A DNA stretch of 64,000 nt from Bacteriovoracia bacterium (GTDB lineage Bacteria; Bdellovibrionota; UBA1018; JBFWNL01), in the NCBI GenBank assembly GCA_050251055.1, contig JBFWNL010000001.1:139825-203824 (forward strand). The letters are read 5' to 3'. Of this stretch, positions 9,529 through 18,036 are shown piece after piece; position 1 is the stretch's first letter; every line of letters starts with the position of its first letter. Both the position numbers and the translations under genes were made by a program. The notes under the pieces are model-generated. The model was not told the origin of the DNA, ran no database searches, and worked only from the letters and a program-made list of their open reading frames with translations.

Positions 9529-11127
9529 ATGCCACTAGGCATGCCCACCCGACATGTTCGCATCGGAGTCCAGACGGCGGTTTTCTCGCTGTGGGTGGCG
9601 CTGATCCTGGCGACCAAGCATCCGATGGATTCTTGGCTGGCCAAGCATATACCGGTCTCGATCATGCTACGCATCGATCCGCTGGTGACCACGGTCGTCT
9701 CCGGTGGGATGCGCATGGCGGTGACGATCACTCTGCTGGGGCTCGTTACCCTAGGCGTGAGTTTGCTCTTAGGCCGCGTGTTTTGCGGCTGGGTTTGCCC
9801 GCTGGGGGCGATCTTCGATTTTTACGGCTGGTTTCTACGTAAGTTCCGGGTGCCTTTCGAGGGACCGTCGCCGTCGTGGTTTCGGCTGAAGTATTATCTT
9901 CTTTTCGCCATCTTGATCTTTGCCCTCATCGGCGGCGTGAGTCCGCTCATGGGATTTGATCCCATTGTGCTGATTACCCGCGTGGCGGCGGTGGTGCTAA
10001 ATCCACTCATACGCGAGCACGACAAGCTGCTATGGACGGTGGGCGATGCCCCGGGGTACTTCGGTTACTTCATCGATATCTCGACGCTGGCGCTCTTTCT
10101 GGCGATTATGGGCGGGACCACACGGCTCTCGCGCATCTGGTGCCGCACCGCTTGCCCCTTGGGCGCTTATCTCGCGCTCTTAGGACGCAATTCGGTTTTA
10201 CGGCGCGATACCAAGGGTTGCGTGCATTGCAATATTTGCTCGAACCATTGCCCCACGGGCGCGATCAGTTTTACGAATGCCGAAGTCTACAACGAGTCCG
10301 AGTGCATCAAGTGTTTTGCCTGCTCCCAGGAATGCCCGGTCGACGCGAACTTTTTTACCTTGAAATCGCCCTTTCCGGCGGCGAGCCCCTCGCAATACCC
10401 GGTTTCGCTCGAGCGTCGCGATCTGATCGCGACCGCGGCGTTCACGGTGTTGGCGGCGCCGGCCTTGAATCTCTCGGGTGGAGAAAGTGGCGCCCACAAA
10501 CGCCTGCTGCGCCCCCCGATGAGCCGCGAAGAGCATGATTTCTTAGCGAGTTGCATTCGCTGTAACGAGTGCACGAAGGCTTGCCCGACGGGAATATTGA
10601 AGCCAGCGGAGCTTCAGCACGGGCTACGCGCGCTATGGTCGCCGGTCATGGTCCCCACCGAGGGCTATTGCAAGGAAGGCTGTAGTGCCTGCTCCCAGGC
10701 TTGCCCCACGGACGCGATCATGAAGTACCCGATCGAAAAGAAATACACTTTCAAGTCGGGCACGGCTATGTTTGAGACAAACCGCTGCATCAGCTATACC
10801 GACAACAAGTTCTGCAGTGAATGCGTGCGGGTTTGTCCCACGGACGCCATCGAGATTTCGCGCGACTGGGAGCCGGCGGGCGGGGTCACGAAGGCCAAGG
10901 GCGCGGATTTCCCGGCTCCGGCCGGCCGCGTGCCGACCCGCCCAACGCGGGTGAATTACGATCGCTGTATCGGGTGCGGAGCGTGCGAGTGGGTTTGCGA
11001 CAAGATCGTGGTGGGGGAGCCGGCAATGGTGACGACCTCCTTTGGTCGTGCTACCCCGTCGAACTTTGAAGCCAAGGGTGGCGTTTCCGGCGTGAGCGGG
11101 CCCGAGGGCTGGAAACATAAGAAGTAG
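9529..11127 (+). CDS. Membrane polyferredoxin: NapH/MauN-like domain fused to NapG/MauM-like domain
   Basis: GRVFCGWVCPLG and WCRTACPLG motifs; multiple CxxCxxCxxxC clusters; internal ERRDLI plus hydrophobic helix; LLRPP motif. Confidence 0.9.
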   Translation: MPLGMPTRHVRIGVQTAVFSLWVALILATKHPMDSWLAKHIPVSIMLRIDPLVTTVVSGGMRMAVTITLLGLVTLGVSLLLGRVFCGWVCPLGAIFDFYGWFLRKFRVPFEGPSPSWFRLKYYLLFAILIFALIGGVSPLMGFDPIVLITRVAAVVLNPLIREHDKLLWTVGDAPGYFGYFIDISTLALFLAIMGGTTRLSRIWCRTACPLGAYLALLGRNSVLRRDTKGCVHCNICSNHCPTGAISFTNAEVYNESECIKCFACSQECPVDANFFTLKSPFPAASPSQYPVSLERRDLIATAAFTVLAAPALNLSGGESGAHKRLLRPPMSREEHDFLASCIRCNECTKACPTGILKPAELQHGLRALWSPVMVPTEGYCKEGCSACSQACPTDAIMKYPIEKKYTFKSGTAMFETNRCISYTDNKFCSECVRVCPTDAIEISRDWEPAGGVTKAKGADFPAPAGRVPTRPTRVNYDRCIGCGACEWVCDKIVVGEPAMVTTSFGRATPSNFEAKGGVSGVSGPEGWKHKK

Positions 11128-11149
11128 GTAAAATGGAAAGGGACGGACT

Positions 11150-11329
11150 ATGTTCGGCTTGAGTTTAGGGCATTTGTTGATTTTGTTGGTGGTCATCTTG
11201 CTTTTCGGCGCGAAGCGCCTGCCGGAGCTGGGTGGCGCTTTGGGTAAAGGACTGCGCGCGTTCAAGAAGGGCTTGGATGGAGCGGATCCCGAAAAGCTCG
11301 ACGGACCCGACGACAAGAAGCAGGGCTAA
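11150..11329 (+). CDS. tatA: Twin-arginine translocase subunit TatA/E (59 aa, not in ORF track)
   Basis: Translates MFGLSLGHLLILLVVILLFGAKRLPELGGALGKGLRAFKKGL, the canonical TatA FG-hinge and amphipathic helix. Confidence 0.93.
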   Translation: MFGLSLGHLLILLVVILLFGAKRLPELGGALGKGLRAFKKGLDGADPEKLDGPDDKKQG

Positions 11330-11334
11330 GCCCC

Positions 11335-12156
11335 TCAAGCCGCCTGCGACCCCGAGTCGGTGGGCTCTTCGTCGGTGTCTCCGATGGCTACCGCGGTGGG
11401 CGTCGCGTTTTCAGGTAAGCGCGTCTTCGCGCGCTTTTCGAAGAACACTTCCTTATAGATCGAAGCATCCGCCACGCCGTGTCCGCCTTTCAGCAGTTTC
11501 ACGACGTCCATGACCATGGGCGCGTTCCCGCAAATATAAAAATCGGTCGTATGCCAGCACCAGTCGTTGGGGAGCTGCTTAAGATAGTCCGTCACGCGTC
11601 CCCTAAAGCCGGTCCAATTCGGCGACGGCGCCGATATCGCGTAAATCGTTTGTACTTCCAATGACTCGAACAAGCCGGGGTACAGGATTTCCTCGGCCGT
11701 GCGACAACCGAAGACGCAGAACGCCTGCTCGGGAAAGTTTTCTTTGAAATGGTTGGACATCACGACCGAGCGAAAGGGGGCGATCCCGGTACCCGTGCTG
11801 ATGAAGCAAACAGATCGGCCTTCTTCGGGAGTCTTGTAAACGAAATCGCCGTAAGGAGCGCTCACGGTGATACGATCGCCTGGACGGAGCGATTTGAGAA
11901 AACCCGTGCCGATGCCGCCGGGGACGTATTTCACGCAGAGCTCGTAGCCACGCTCCTTAGCAACCTCAAAAGGAAGCGCGAAGGAATAGGCGCGCCGCGT
12001 GGGCTTGCCCTTACCGCTGGGGGAAGGGATAGCGATACTGAGGAACTGTCCCGGCTCGTACTTGAACTTCTTATGGGGCTCGAAACGAACCTTGAGGACC
12101 GACGGGGTCACCCAAAGAACTTCCAGAATGGTGCAGGTGTAATCTCTTGCGCGCAT
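11335..12156 (-). CDS. Ferredoxin--NADP reductase-like FAD/NAD(P)-binding oxidoreductase
   Basis: PGQF, RRAYS, APYGDF, STGTGIAPF and FYICG motifs. Confidence 0.9.
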   Translation of the reverse strand: MRARDYTCTILEVLWVTPSVLKVRFEPHKKFKYEPGQFLSIAIPSPSGKGKPTRRAYSFALPFEVAKERGYELCVKYVPGGIGTGFLKSLRPGDRITVSAPYGDFVYKTPEEGRSVCFISTGTGIAPFRSVVMSNHFKENFPEQAFCVFGCRTAEEILYPGLFESLEVQTIYAISAPSPNWTGFRGRVTDYLKQLPNDWCWHTTDFYICGNAPMVMDVVKLLKGGHGVADASIYKEVFFEKRAKTRLPENATPTAVAIGDTDEEPTDSGSQAA

Positions 12157-12207
12157 GATCCTTCTCGGCTTGCCCCGAGAAGCTCCACCCCGCGAGCTGA
12201 TTTAGCG

Positions 12208-12774
12208 TCAGCCGGGGGCGTGTCCGCCCGAGGAATCGACGAATACGGCCAGGGTAGGATTGAGGTTTCCCGCGCCCAGCTTTGCCAGCGTGGACTCGGG
12301 GACCCCGTACACAAGGCCCAATACATCGATGAACTGATCGGCAAGAATGAGATAAATCTTTAGGCCCGAAATGGAATTTTCCTTACCTAGCCGTTCTTTC
12401 GCCATTTTTTCCACGGCATGCGCCGTGGCCTTGTCGGCGGGGGTGAGCAGGCCTACGTTCAAGACCTTGGAACGACGAAAGAAGCGGTACCGAGTCTTGA
12501 AGCCCAGCGGCAGGACGCCTAGCTTTGCCATCTCTTCGGTCGTAAAGAGCGTTTTCGTGACCTCGGGAAAGTACCGGGTGTCCAGGTTGAAAAAGTCGAT
12601 GGCGTAATTGGGGCCGAAGAGCTTCACCATGTCGCGGGTGGTGATGAGCCCCATCTCGCGGGCGGCTTCGCCGAAGCGCAGCCCGCTTTGCTGGGAATAT
12701 TTGAGCACGGAATCGAGCTGATCGGGGCGGATCAGGCCTTTTTCGATGAAGAATTCGCCAATTCGTTTTTTCAC
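12208..12774 (-). CDS. Stand-alone MshEN (GspE-N) domain protein, putative c-di-GMP receptor
   Basis: RIGEFFIEKGLIRPDQLDSVL...RFGEAAREMGLI tandem motif; no ATPase domain. Confidence 0.75.
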   Translation of the reverse strand: MKKRIGEFFIEKGLIRPDQLDSVLKYSQQSGLRFGEAAREMGLITTRDMVKLFGPNYAIDFFNLDTRYFPEVTKTLFTTEEMAKLGVLPLGFKTRYRFFRRSKVLNVGLLTPADKATAHAVEKMAKERLGKENSISGLKIYLILADQFIDVLGLVYGVPESTLAKLGAGNLNPTLAVFVDSSGGHAPG

Positions 12775-14090
12775 AAGAAGATGACGAAGCGCCCGGCGAT
12801 TACGCTGTAGAGGGTCTTGCCTGTGACCTTGTTGAAGTCACGGAAGTATTCCAAGCGGAGATCGAAGATGCCCATCCGGCGTCCGAGCCAGCCACCGACA
12901 ATGGTCTGGTCGGTAACGTCGATCACGCGGTTATCGTTCTGGGAGGAGCCTAGGCGGAAACCGAATTTCCAGTTTTCGCCGAAGCCCTGCTGGACTTGGC
13001 CGTATATGCCTCCGCGCAGGAAGCTATTGGCGTCGGCCGGGGCCGGCGAAAGCAGGCCCGCGTTCATGTTGACGAATCCCGCGCTGACTTCGGTGCGCGT
13101 GCGGGCCAAGCGGAAATTACCGTCGAAACCCAGCATGAAGATGCGCGCGGATTCCTTGGTGTGATCGGTGTAGCGTTGGGTATAGACGGAAACGCCGCCG
13201 ACCAGGCCACGGAAAAAGTTTGCCTCGAAGCGGCCGCCCAAGGCCTTGTCGTCGTTGTTGTCGATGCCCAGCGTGTTGTTGAAGTTCGGATAGGTGGGGT
13301 TGGTGGCGCCCCCATAGGTAACGGGGTCGGTGCCGGTGTCGCCGAAGCCGTTGACCACATAGAAGTGGGTGACAAGCCCGAGCGCTTTGGTGTCGAGCCA
13401 CTGGATTTTTAGTCCGATGCCCAGGTCCGCCCATACATCGGGCAAGAAGGCGGATCCCCCCGTGGGCGTAAAGGCAGTGACGTTAACGCGACCGCCGAAG
13501 CGGTTGTGGGGATCGAGCTGGTCAAAGGGAATGAAGATCTTGCCCAGACGCAGCTGCACGGCGGGCGAGATCTGGTAGTCGAGCTCGTAGAAGCGCGGGC
13601 TCGTGGCGACTTCGAACGAGAACTGCACGTCTTTTACGGGCAAGAACTCGACGAGCAGAAAGGAGTGGATGTTCTGGAACGTGAGTGGGGAGTCGCCGGG
13701 GCGCGCGATTAGCCACAAGTCATAGAGCATTTTGAAGTTGGGCGTCGGCAGCCCCGACTGGCCTACGCGGGGACCGTAGTCGCGCGAACTTCCACTTGGC
13801 GCGGGCGCGGAAGGAGCAGTGGTCGTGGGGCTCGGGGATTTATCTAAAGTGGAGAGGTCGATCGGCGCCGAACGGCGGGGCGTGCCTGGCGCGGCTTGGG
13901 ATGGATTTGTTCGAGGTGCGACCCGCCGACGTCGCCGGCGCTGCTGTAAGCTGTCTTCTTGCGCCAGTATTGTTTCCGAGGGCGATCCCCCCGGCGCGGC
14001 CATCGCTGGCTGGACGCTTGGCAAAAGCTCCAAGCCCATGAGCACGACGCATAACCCCACCCTTCGCCACATCCGCTGTGCGTTATCCAT
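12771..14090 (-). CDS. Putative outer-membrane porin / beta-barrel protein
   Basis: Signal peptide, Arg/Pro-rich linker, RLGKIFIPF and DNNDDKALGGR (OprO/P-like), amphipathic strands. Confidence 0.7.
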   Translation of the reverse strand: MDNAQRMWRRVGLCVVLMGLELLPSVQPAMAAPGGSPSETILAQEDSLQQRRRRRRVAPRTNPSQAAPGTPRRSAPIDLSTLDKSPSPTTTAPSAPAPSGSSRDYGPRVGQSGLPTPNFKMLYDLWLIARPGDSPLTFQNIHSFLLVEFLPVKDVQFSFEVATSPRFYELDYQISPAVQLRLGKIFIPFDQLDPHNRFGGRVNVTAFTPTGGSAFLPDVWADLGIGLKIQWLDTKALGLVTHFYVVNGFGDTGTDPVTYGGATNPTYPNFNNTLGIDNNDDKALGGRFEANFFRGLVGGVSVYTQRYTDHTKESARIFMLGFDGNFRLARTRTEVSAGFVNMNAGLLSPAPADANSFLRGGIYGQVQQGFGENWKFGFRLGSSQNDNRVIDVTDQTIVGGWLGRRMGIFDLRLEYFRDFNKVTGKTLYSVIAGRFVIFL

Positions 14091-14167
14091 TGGGCTCAGT
14101 TTAGAGATAAAGGTAGGAAAGATAAAGAAATATCTAGAAGCCTGAAGAGTCGGAAAGAGGGTACGAC

Positions 14168-14911
14168 TTAGCGTTCCAAAATGAATTGGATCACGCGCTC
14201 ACCGGAGCTGCTCCCAGCATTCGATGATGCGATGCCTCTTTTTTCGCCCGTTACCTGGGGGATCACCCGTTGTTCGTCGATCCATTTCTTGTCGACCAGA
14301 TACTGGGTCACGGCCACGACGCGCGTGACGGTAGGCTCGTAGGGGTGGTGGGCGTCCCACGTGCTTTGTACTGTGAGCTTGCCTCGAAATCCTTTTAGCA
14401 CCGCCGCGAGTTTTGCGAGATGGTGGGGCGCTACGCGGCTCAGCTCGTCGGAACCCTCTTGGAAGAGCAGGGCTTCGGGCAGCGAAAAACGCATGGTTTC
14501 AATGTTTAGATCGAGCGATGGGACGTCGTCCTTCAGGTCAGCGACATCGTCTTTGGCTTGGGTATTGGTCTCGTCCTTCTTGAGCTCCTTGGCGGGACGC
14601 TCGATGAGGTCTTCGGGGGTCTGGCCATTCGCGCCGGCCGTGATGCCGTCGCCAGCACCCGTCATATCGCCTAAGGGCACGTTCTTGTCGGAGGCTAGAT
14701 CGGGACGGAGGGCGGAGGACGGGTGATTGAAATAGTGCGCGACGGCTTGTTTTACCTCGTCATCCGAACCCAAGAGCCACATCACTAGGAAGAAGGCCAT
14801 CATGGCGGTCACGAAGTCGGCGTAGGCCACTTTCCAGGCGCCGCCGTGCGCGCCGCCGTGGCCGGCTTTCTTCTTTTTTATGACGATGATGGGGGCTTTT
14901 CCCTCGGCCAA
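14168..14911 (-). CDS. motB: Flagellar stator protein MotB
   Basis: HGGAWKVAYADFVTAMMAFFLVMWL signature. Confidence 0.93.
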   Translation of the reverse strand: MAEGKAPIIVIKKKKAGHGGAHGGAWKVAYADFVTAMMAFFLVMWLLGSDDEVKQAVAHYFNHPSSALRPDLASDKNVPLGDMTGAGDGITAGANGQTPEDLIERPAKELKKDETNTQAKDDVADLKDDVPSLDLNIETMRFSLPEALLFQEGSDELSRVAPHHLAKLAAVLKGFRGKLTVQSTWDAHHPYEPTVTRVVAVTQYLVDKKWIDEQRVIPQVTGEKRGIASSNAGSSSGERVIQFILER

Positions 14912-14922
14912 GGTCTACCTCT

Positions 14923-15777
14923 TTATTTCTTGATGTTAGCGGTGGCCTTGTCCACTTCCTCGAAGCTCGGGCGAACTTCCGGGGGAATCGTGCGACGGGC
15001 GAATTCAACGCAAACCTTGGGCGAGCAGTCCTTCGCGAACGCGAGCAAGGCGGCTTTGATCACGTACATGACCTTTCCGCCCGCGGCGATGTCCGCTTCC
15101 ATCTTGGTGGATAGGGGCTGCAGGAAACCGTAAGACGCCAAGATCCCGATGAAGGTACCCACGAGAGCGGCGGCGACGGAGTGACCGATGACTTCTTTAC
15201 CCATGGTCAACTTACCCATGGTGATCACGACGCCCAACACGGCGGCCACGATGCCGAGACCGGGCATGGCGTCCCCGACCTTCGAGACGATACCGGGAGC
15301 TTTCAGCTCCTCGTCGTGCGCCGCCTGGATGTCGGCCTCCATGAGGTCGTCCAGATCGAAGGGGCTGACGGGCGAGCTGATCTGCACTTTTAAGGTGTCG
15401 CAGATGAAGTGAATGGCGTGGTGATTTTTCAGCACCGACGGATACTTTTTAAAGATGTCGCTGTTCTCGGGCTTCTCGACGTGGGCTTCGAGCGCGAGCA
15501 TGTTGCCTTTGGCGGTTTTCGTGAGTTCGAAAAGAAGCAGGAGGATATCGGTGTAGCTTTGCTTGGTGGCGCCGCTACTGCCCATCGCGACGACTACTTG
15601 GTGGATGATTTGCTTGATCACCGGAACGGGCGCGGAAATCAAGAGCGAGCCCCCGGCCGCGCCGAAGATAATCAGCAATTCGATGGGTTGGATCAGGACG
15701 CCGAGATGGCCACCTTCCAGCATGAACCCACCGAACACACACGCTACGACTACGACTGCACCGATGATCACTAGCAT
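14923..15777 (-). CDS. motA: Flagellar stator protein MotA
   Basis: QPIELLII, PGLGIVAAVLGVV and AALVGTFIGI motifs; upstream of motB. Confidence 0.95.
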   Translation of the reverse strand: MLVIIGAVVVVACVFGGFMLEGGHLGVLIQPIELLIIFGAAGGSLLISAPVPVIKQIIHQVVVAMGSSGATKQSYTDILLLLFELTKTAKGNMLALEAHVEKPENSDIFKKYPSVLKNHHAIHFICDTLKVQISSPVSPFDLDDLMEADIQAAHDEELKAPGIVSKVGDAMPGLGIVAAVLGVVITMGKLTMGKEVIGHSVAAALVGTFIGILASYGFLQPLSTKMEADIAAGGKVMYVIKAALLAFAKDCSPKVCVEFARRTIPPEVRPSFEEVDKATANIKK

Positions 15778-15800
15778 TTATTTGTGCTCTCCACTGGTAC

Positions 15801-15827
15801 TCATCGTCTTTTGGCCGCCATATTTGA
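15801..15827 (-). promoter_or_regulatory. Putative sigma28 promoter of motAB
   Basis: Minus strand TCAA-N15-GACGATGA; expected class for stator genes. Confidence 0.55.
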
Positions 15828-15868
15828 GGGACTTTTGTCGGATAAATGGGTGTCAACAGATTGACGAT

Positions 15869-15895
15869 TCAAGGAATTGGCGTTTCCGCCGATAG
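15869..15895 (+). promoter_or_regulatory. Putative sigma28 promoter of the globin gene
   Basis: TCAA-N15-GCCGATAG followed by GAGGAG RBS and ATG 15906. Confidence 0.65.
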
Positions 15896-15905
15896 GTGAG
15901 GAGTT

Positions 15906-16343
15906 ATGCAAACCATCCAACGTTGCCTACAGGATCTAACCCCCCACGCGGATAACTTTTTCATCCATTTTTATCACACCTTGTTCCGCCAAAACCCCAA
16001 GCTGATCGAGAAGTTCAAAGGGGTGAAGATGCGGGCGGTTGTGCAAGACGCCGTGAAGTCCTTCGCTTACGTGCGGGATCACCTGGCGCCCGGCGGACAG
16101 AATGAACGCCTACTTTGCGCGCACCTCACGAATTTCATGTCCCGTCAAACCCGGTTGTATCGCCTCACGCCCGAAGATTTCGTCCGCATGCAGACGGCGT
16201 TTGAATGCGCGCTCGAGGATTTTTACGGCGAGACGTGGAGCAAGGAAATCGGCAAAGCGTGGAGTCAGTTCTTCCATCGGATGGCCAAACTCATCGATAC
16301 AAACGCCATCACCGCCGCCTCGTCCGCGGCTCAAGCCGCCTAG
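15906..16343 (+). CDS. Single-domain globin-fold protein, apparently lacking proximal His
   Basis: FYHTLFRQNP (B/C helices), TPEDF and WSKEIGKAW (H helix); F8 position reads SRQ. Confidence 0.75.
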   Translation: MQTIQRCLQDLTPHADNFFIHFYHTLFRQNPKLIEKFKGVKMRAVVQDAVKSFAYVRDHLAPGGQNERLLCAHLTNFMSRQTRLYRLTPEDFVRMQTAFECALEDFYGETWSKEIGKAWSQFFHRMAKLIDTNAITAASSAAQAA

Positions 16344-16359
16344 GCCGCGCCCGCCAAAG

Positions 16360-17082
16360 TCAGGATTTTTTTCGCACCGGTTTTCGAAACGCGCCAGCCT
16401 GATATTTCACCCATTCCGCGAACGTCGCGTTGATGTCATTGATTCCGCAGAGACGGCGAATCTGATCCGCCAGCTTTTTTTTCACCGACATCTGAATCAG
16501 GTCCCGCAAATCGCATTTCTTGGCGAGCATCTCCATGAGCGCGGTGGAAGCCATGTAGTGATAGCGGGGGTCTGCACGGAAGGGGTGCACTAGGCTCTCG
16601 ACCGGAATGGCGGGACGACTGGCTAGCCAAACGTAGTCTACGACCGAGTTTTTCGCGACGAAGTTAGCCAGGCCCTCCACGAGCCACGGTGGGATTGCTT
16701 CGGCGTACTTTTGGAAAATGACGACGTGGACGAGTTCGTGGCCGAACGTGCCGTCGAAGTTGGCGTCGGTTACCTGGGGGCCGAGGTGAATCGTCTGCTC
16801 ATTCGCCCGGGTGTAGGCCAGAATCGGATGATTTCCCAACCCATGACCACGCGCGAAAGCGCCGGCGTCGGGCTCCCAGCGCACATTCACGCGGCGGATC
16901 TTCCACTCCAGGAACGATTCTACCTTATCCGTGATTTTTTCGATTCGCCGATCTTTCAGCCAGACGGGCGGGTTCTCCACGACCACGGAGTTGGTTTTGA
17001 TGGGGCCGGCCGGGGCAGCCGTGATGTGCGCAAGGAATCCCAGACCAAGCGCCACGCGTGTTATTTGCTTTAGCAGCGTCAT
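16360..17082 (-). CDS. Secreted zinc metallopeptidase (peptidase MA-like)
   Basis: Signal peptide; HELVH...PPWLVEGLA gluzincin pattern. Confidence 0.8.
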   Translation of the reverse strand: MTLLKQITRVALGLGFLAHITAAPAGPIKTNSVVVENPPVWLKDRRIEKITDKVESFLEWKIRRVNVRWEPDAGAFARGHGLGNHPILAYTRANEQTIHLGPQVTDANFDGTFGHELVHVVIFQKYAEAIPPWLVEGLANFVAKNSVVDYVWLASRPAIPVESLVHPFRADPRYHYMASTALMEMLAKKCDLRDLIQMSVKKKLADQIRRLCGINDINATFAEWVKYQAGAFRKPVRKKS

Positions 17083-17093
17083 GCGCCAAGTGT

Positions 17094-17621
17094 ATGCTAA
17101 GCGGGGTGAACTGGAAACTCTGGGCGCTGGAAATTTTACTTGGGCTGATCCCGCCTTGCTTGGTCCGTCGGCTTCTGCCCTATGATCATGCGCGGATTCG
17201 CGACTCCTTTAATCAGTATGTGCGCCCCCGCATTCAGGATTACTCGCCGGTCTTCTACGAGATTTTTTTTCGCGATTACCCCGAGGTCGTGCCTCTCTTC
17301 GGGAAGAATATGTCCCGCGGAGAGCTCGACACCCGCATCAACCATTTCATGCTGTTTATCGTCGATTACGCCGATCGACCCCGGAAATTCGTGCGGTTTT
17401 TACGGGAGCTTGCCCGGCGCCATCGGGGCTATGGCATTCGCGTGCACCAATTCGAGTACGTCGACGAAACCAACCTCAAGACCCTCCAGGTTTTCATGGG
17501 AGCGGCCTGGACGCCGGAGTTGGCAGCGGAATGGCGGCGGGGATTCAGCTTTGTTTCCCGTCTCATGAAGTGGTTTGAGAGCTTCCCAGAGGCCATAAAT
17601 ACGAGCAAAAACCGGAAGTAA
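17094..17621 (+). CDS. Single-domain globin
   Basis: FYEIFFRDYPEVVPLF, LARRHRGYGI (proximal His) and WTPELAAEW; start uncertain. Confidence 0.85.
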   Translation: MLSGVNWKLWALEILLGLIPPCLVRRLLPYDHARIRDSFNQYVRPRIQDYSPVFYEIFFRDYPEVVPLFGKNMSRGELDTRINHFMLFIVDYADRPRKFVRFLRELARRHRGYGIRVHQFEYVDETNLKTLQVFMGAAWTPELAAEWRRGFSFVSRLMKWFESFPEAINTSKNRK

Positions 17622-17713
17622 ACGCCCGTGGACAGATAGTGGACATTTAAGTCGCCCACGGTGGAGCCGCTCACTTAAGCTTGGCATCATCTTAGGTATG
17701 GAGGCGACCCTGT

Positions 17714-17974
17714 ATGCAAACCGCTGCGATGCCTAATTTGATTCCGACGCCGAGCCAACCCCGACCGCTTTCGGTGCAGGGGCGGATTTTGGCCCGCCTG
17801 ACCCAAGGCCCGGCGACCGTCGAGCAAGTGATTGAATATGTCTGGGGAAATGTAGCACCCGGCGGGCGCCACCCCTCTTACGTCAATCGCTTGCACGTGA
17901 ACGTACACTTTTTGCGAAAACGAAGGGGATTTCCGATCCAGTTTGACGGCGAAAAATTCCATCTTCCAGTTTAG
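17714..17974 (+). CDS. Small stand-alone winged-helix (OmpR output-like) DNA-binding protein
   Basis: GGAGG RBS; EQVIEYVWG...NRLHVNVHFLRK pattern. Confidence 0.7.
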   Translation: MQTAAMPNLIPTPSQPRPLSVQGRILARLTQGPATVEQVIEYVWGNVAPGGRHPSYVNRLHVNVHFLRKRRGFPIQFDGEKFHLPV

Positions 17975-18036
17975 AAATGCGCGCGTAATTTTTTTCCGTC
18001 GTTTGTTTTTGCGCCGAGATAAGCGATGATCGCCCC

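Noticed and set aside
17630-17700. sigma54 or sigma28 promoter before the winged-helix gene
   Set aside because: TGGCATCATCTTAGG lacks the -12 GC, and the sigma28-like GCCGCTCA is a weak match
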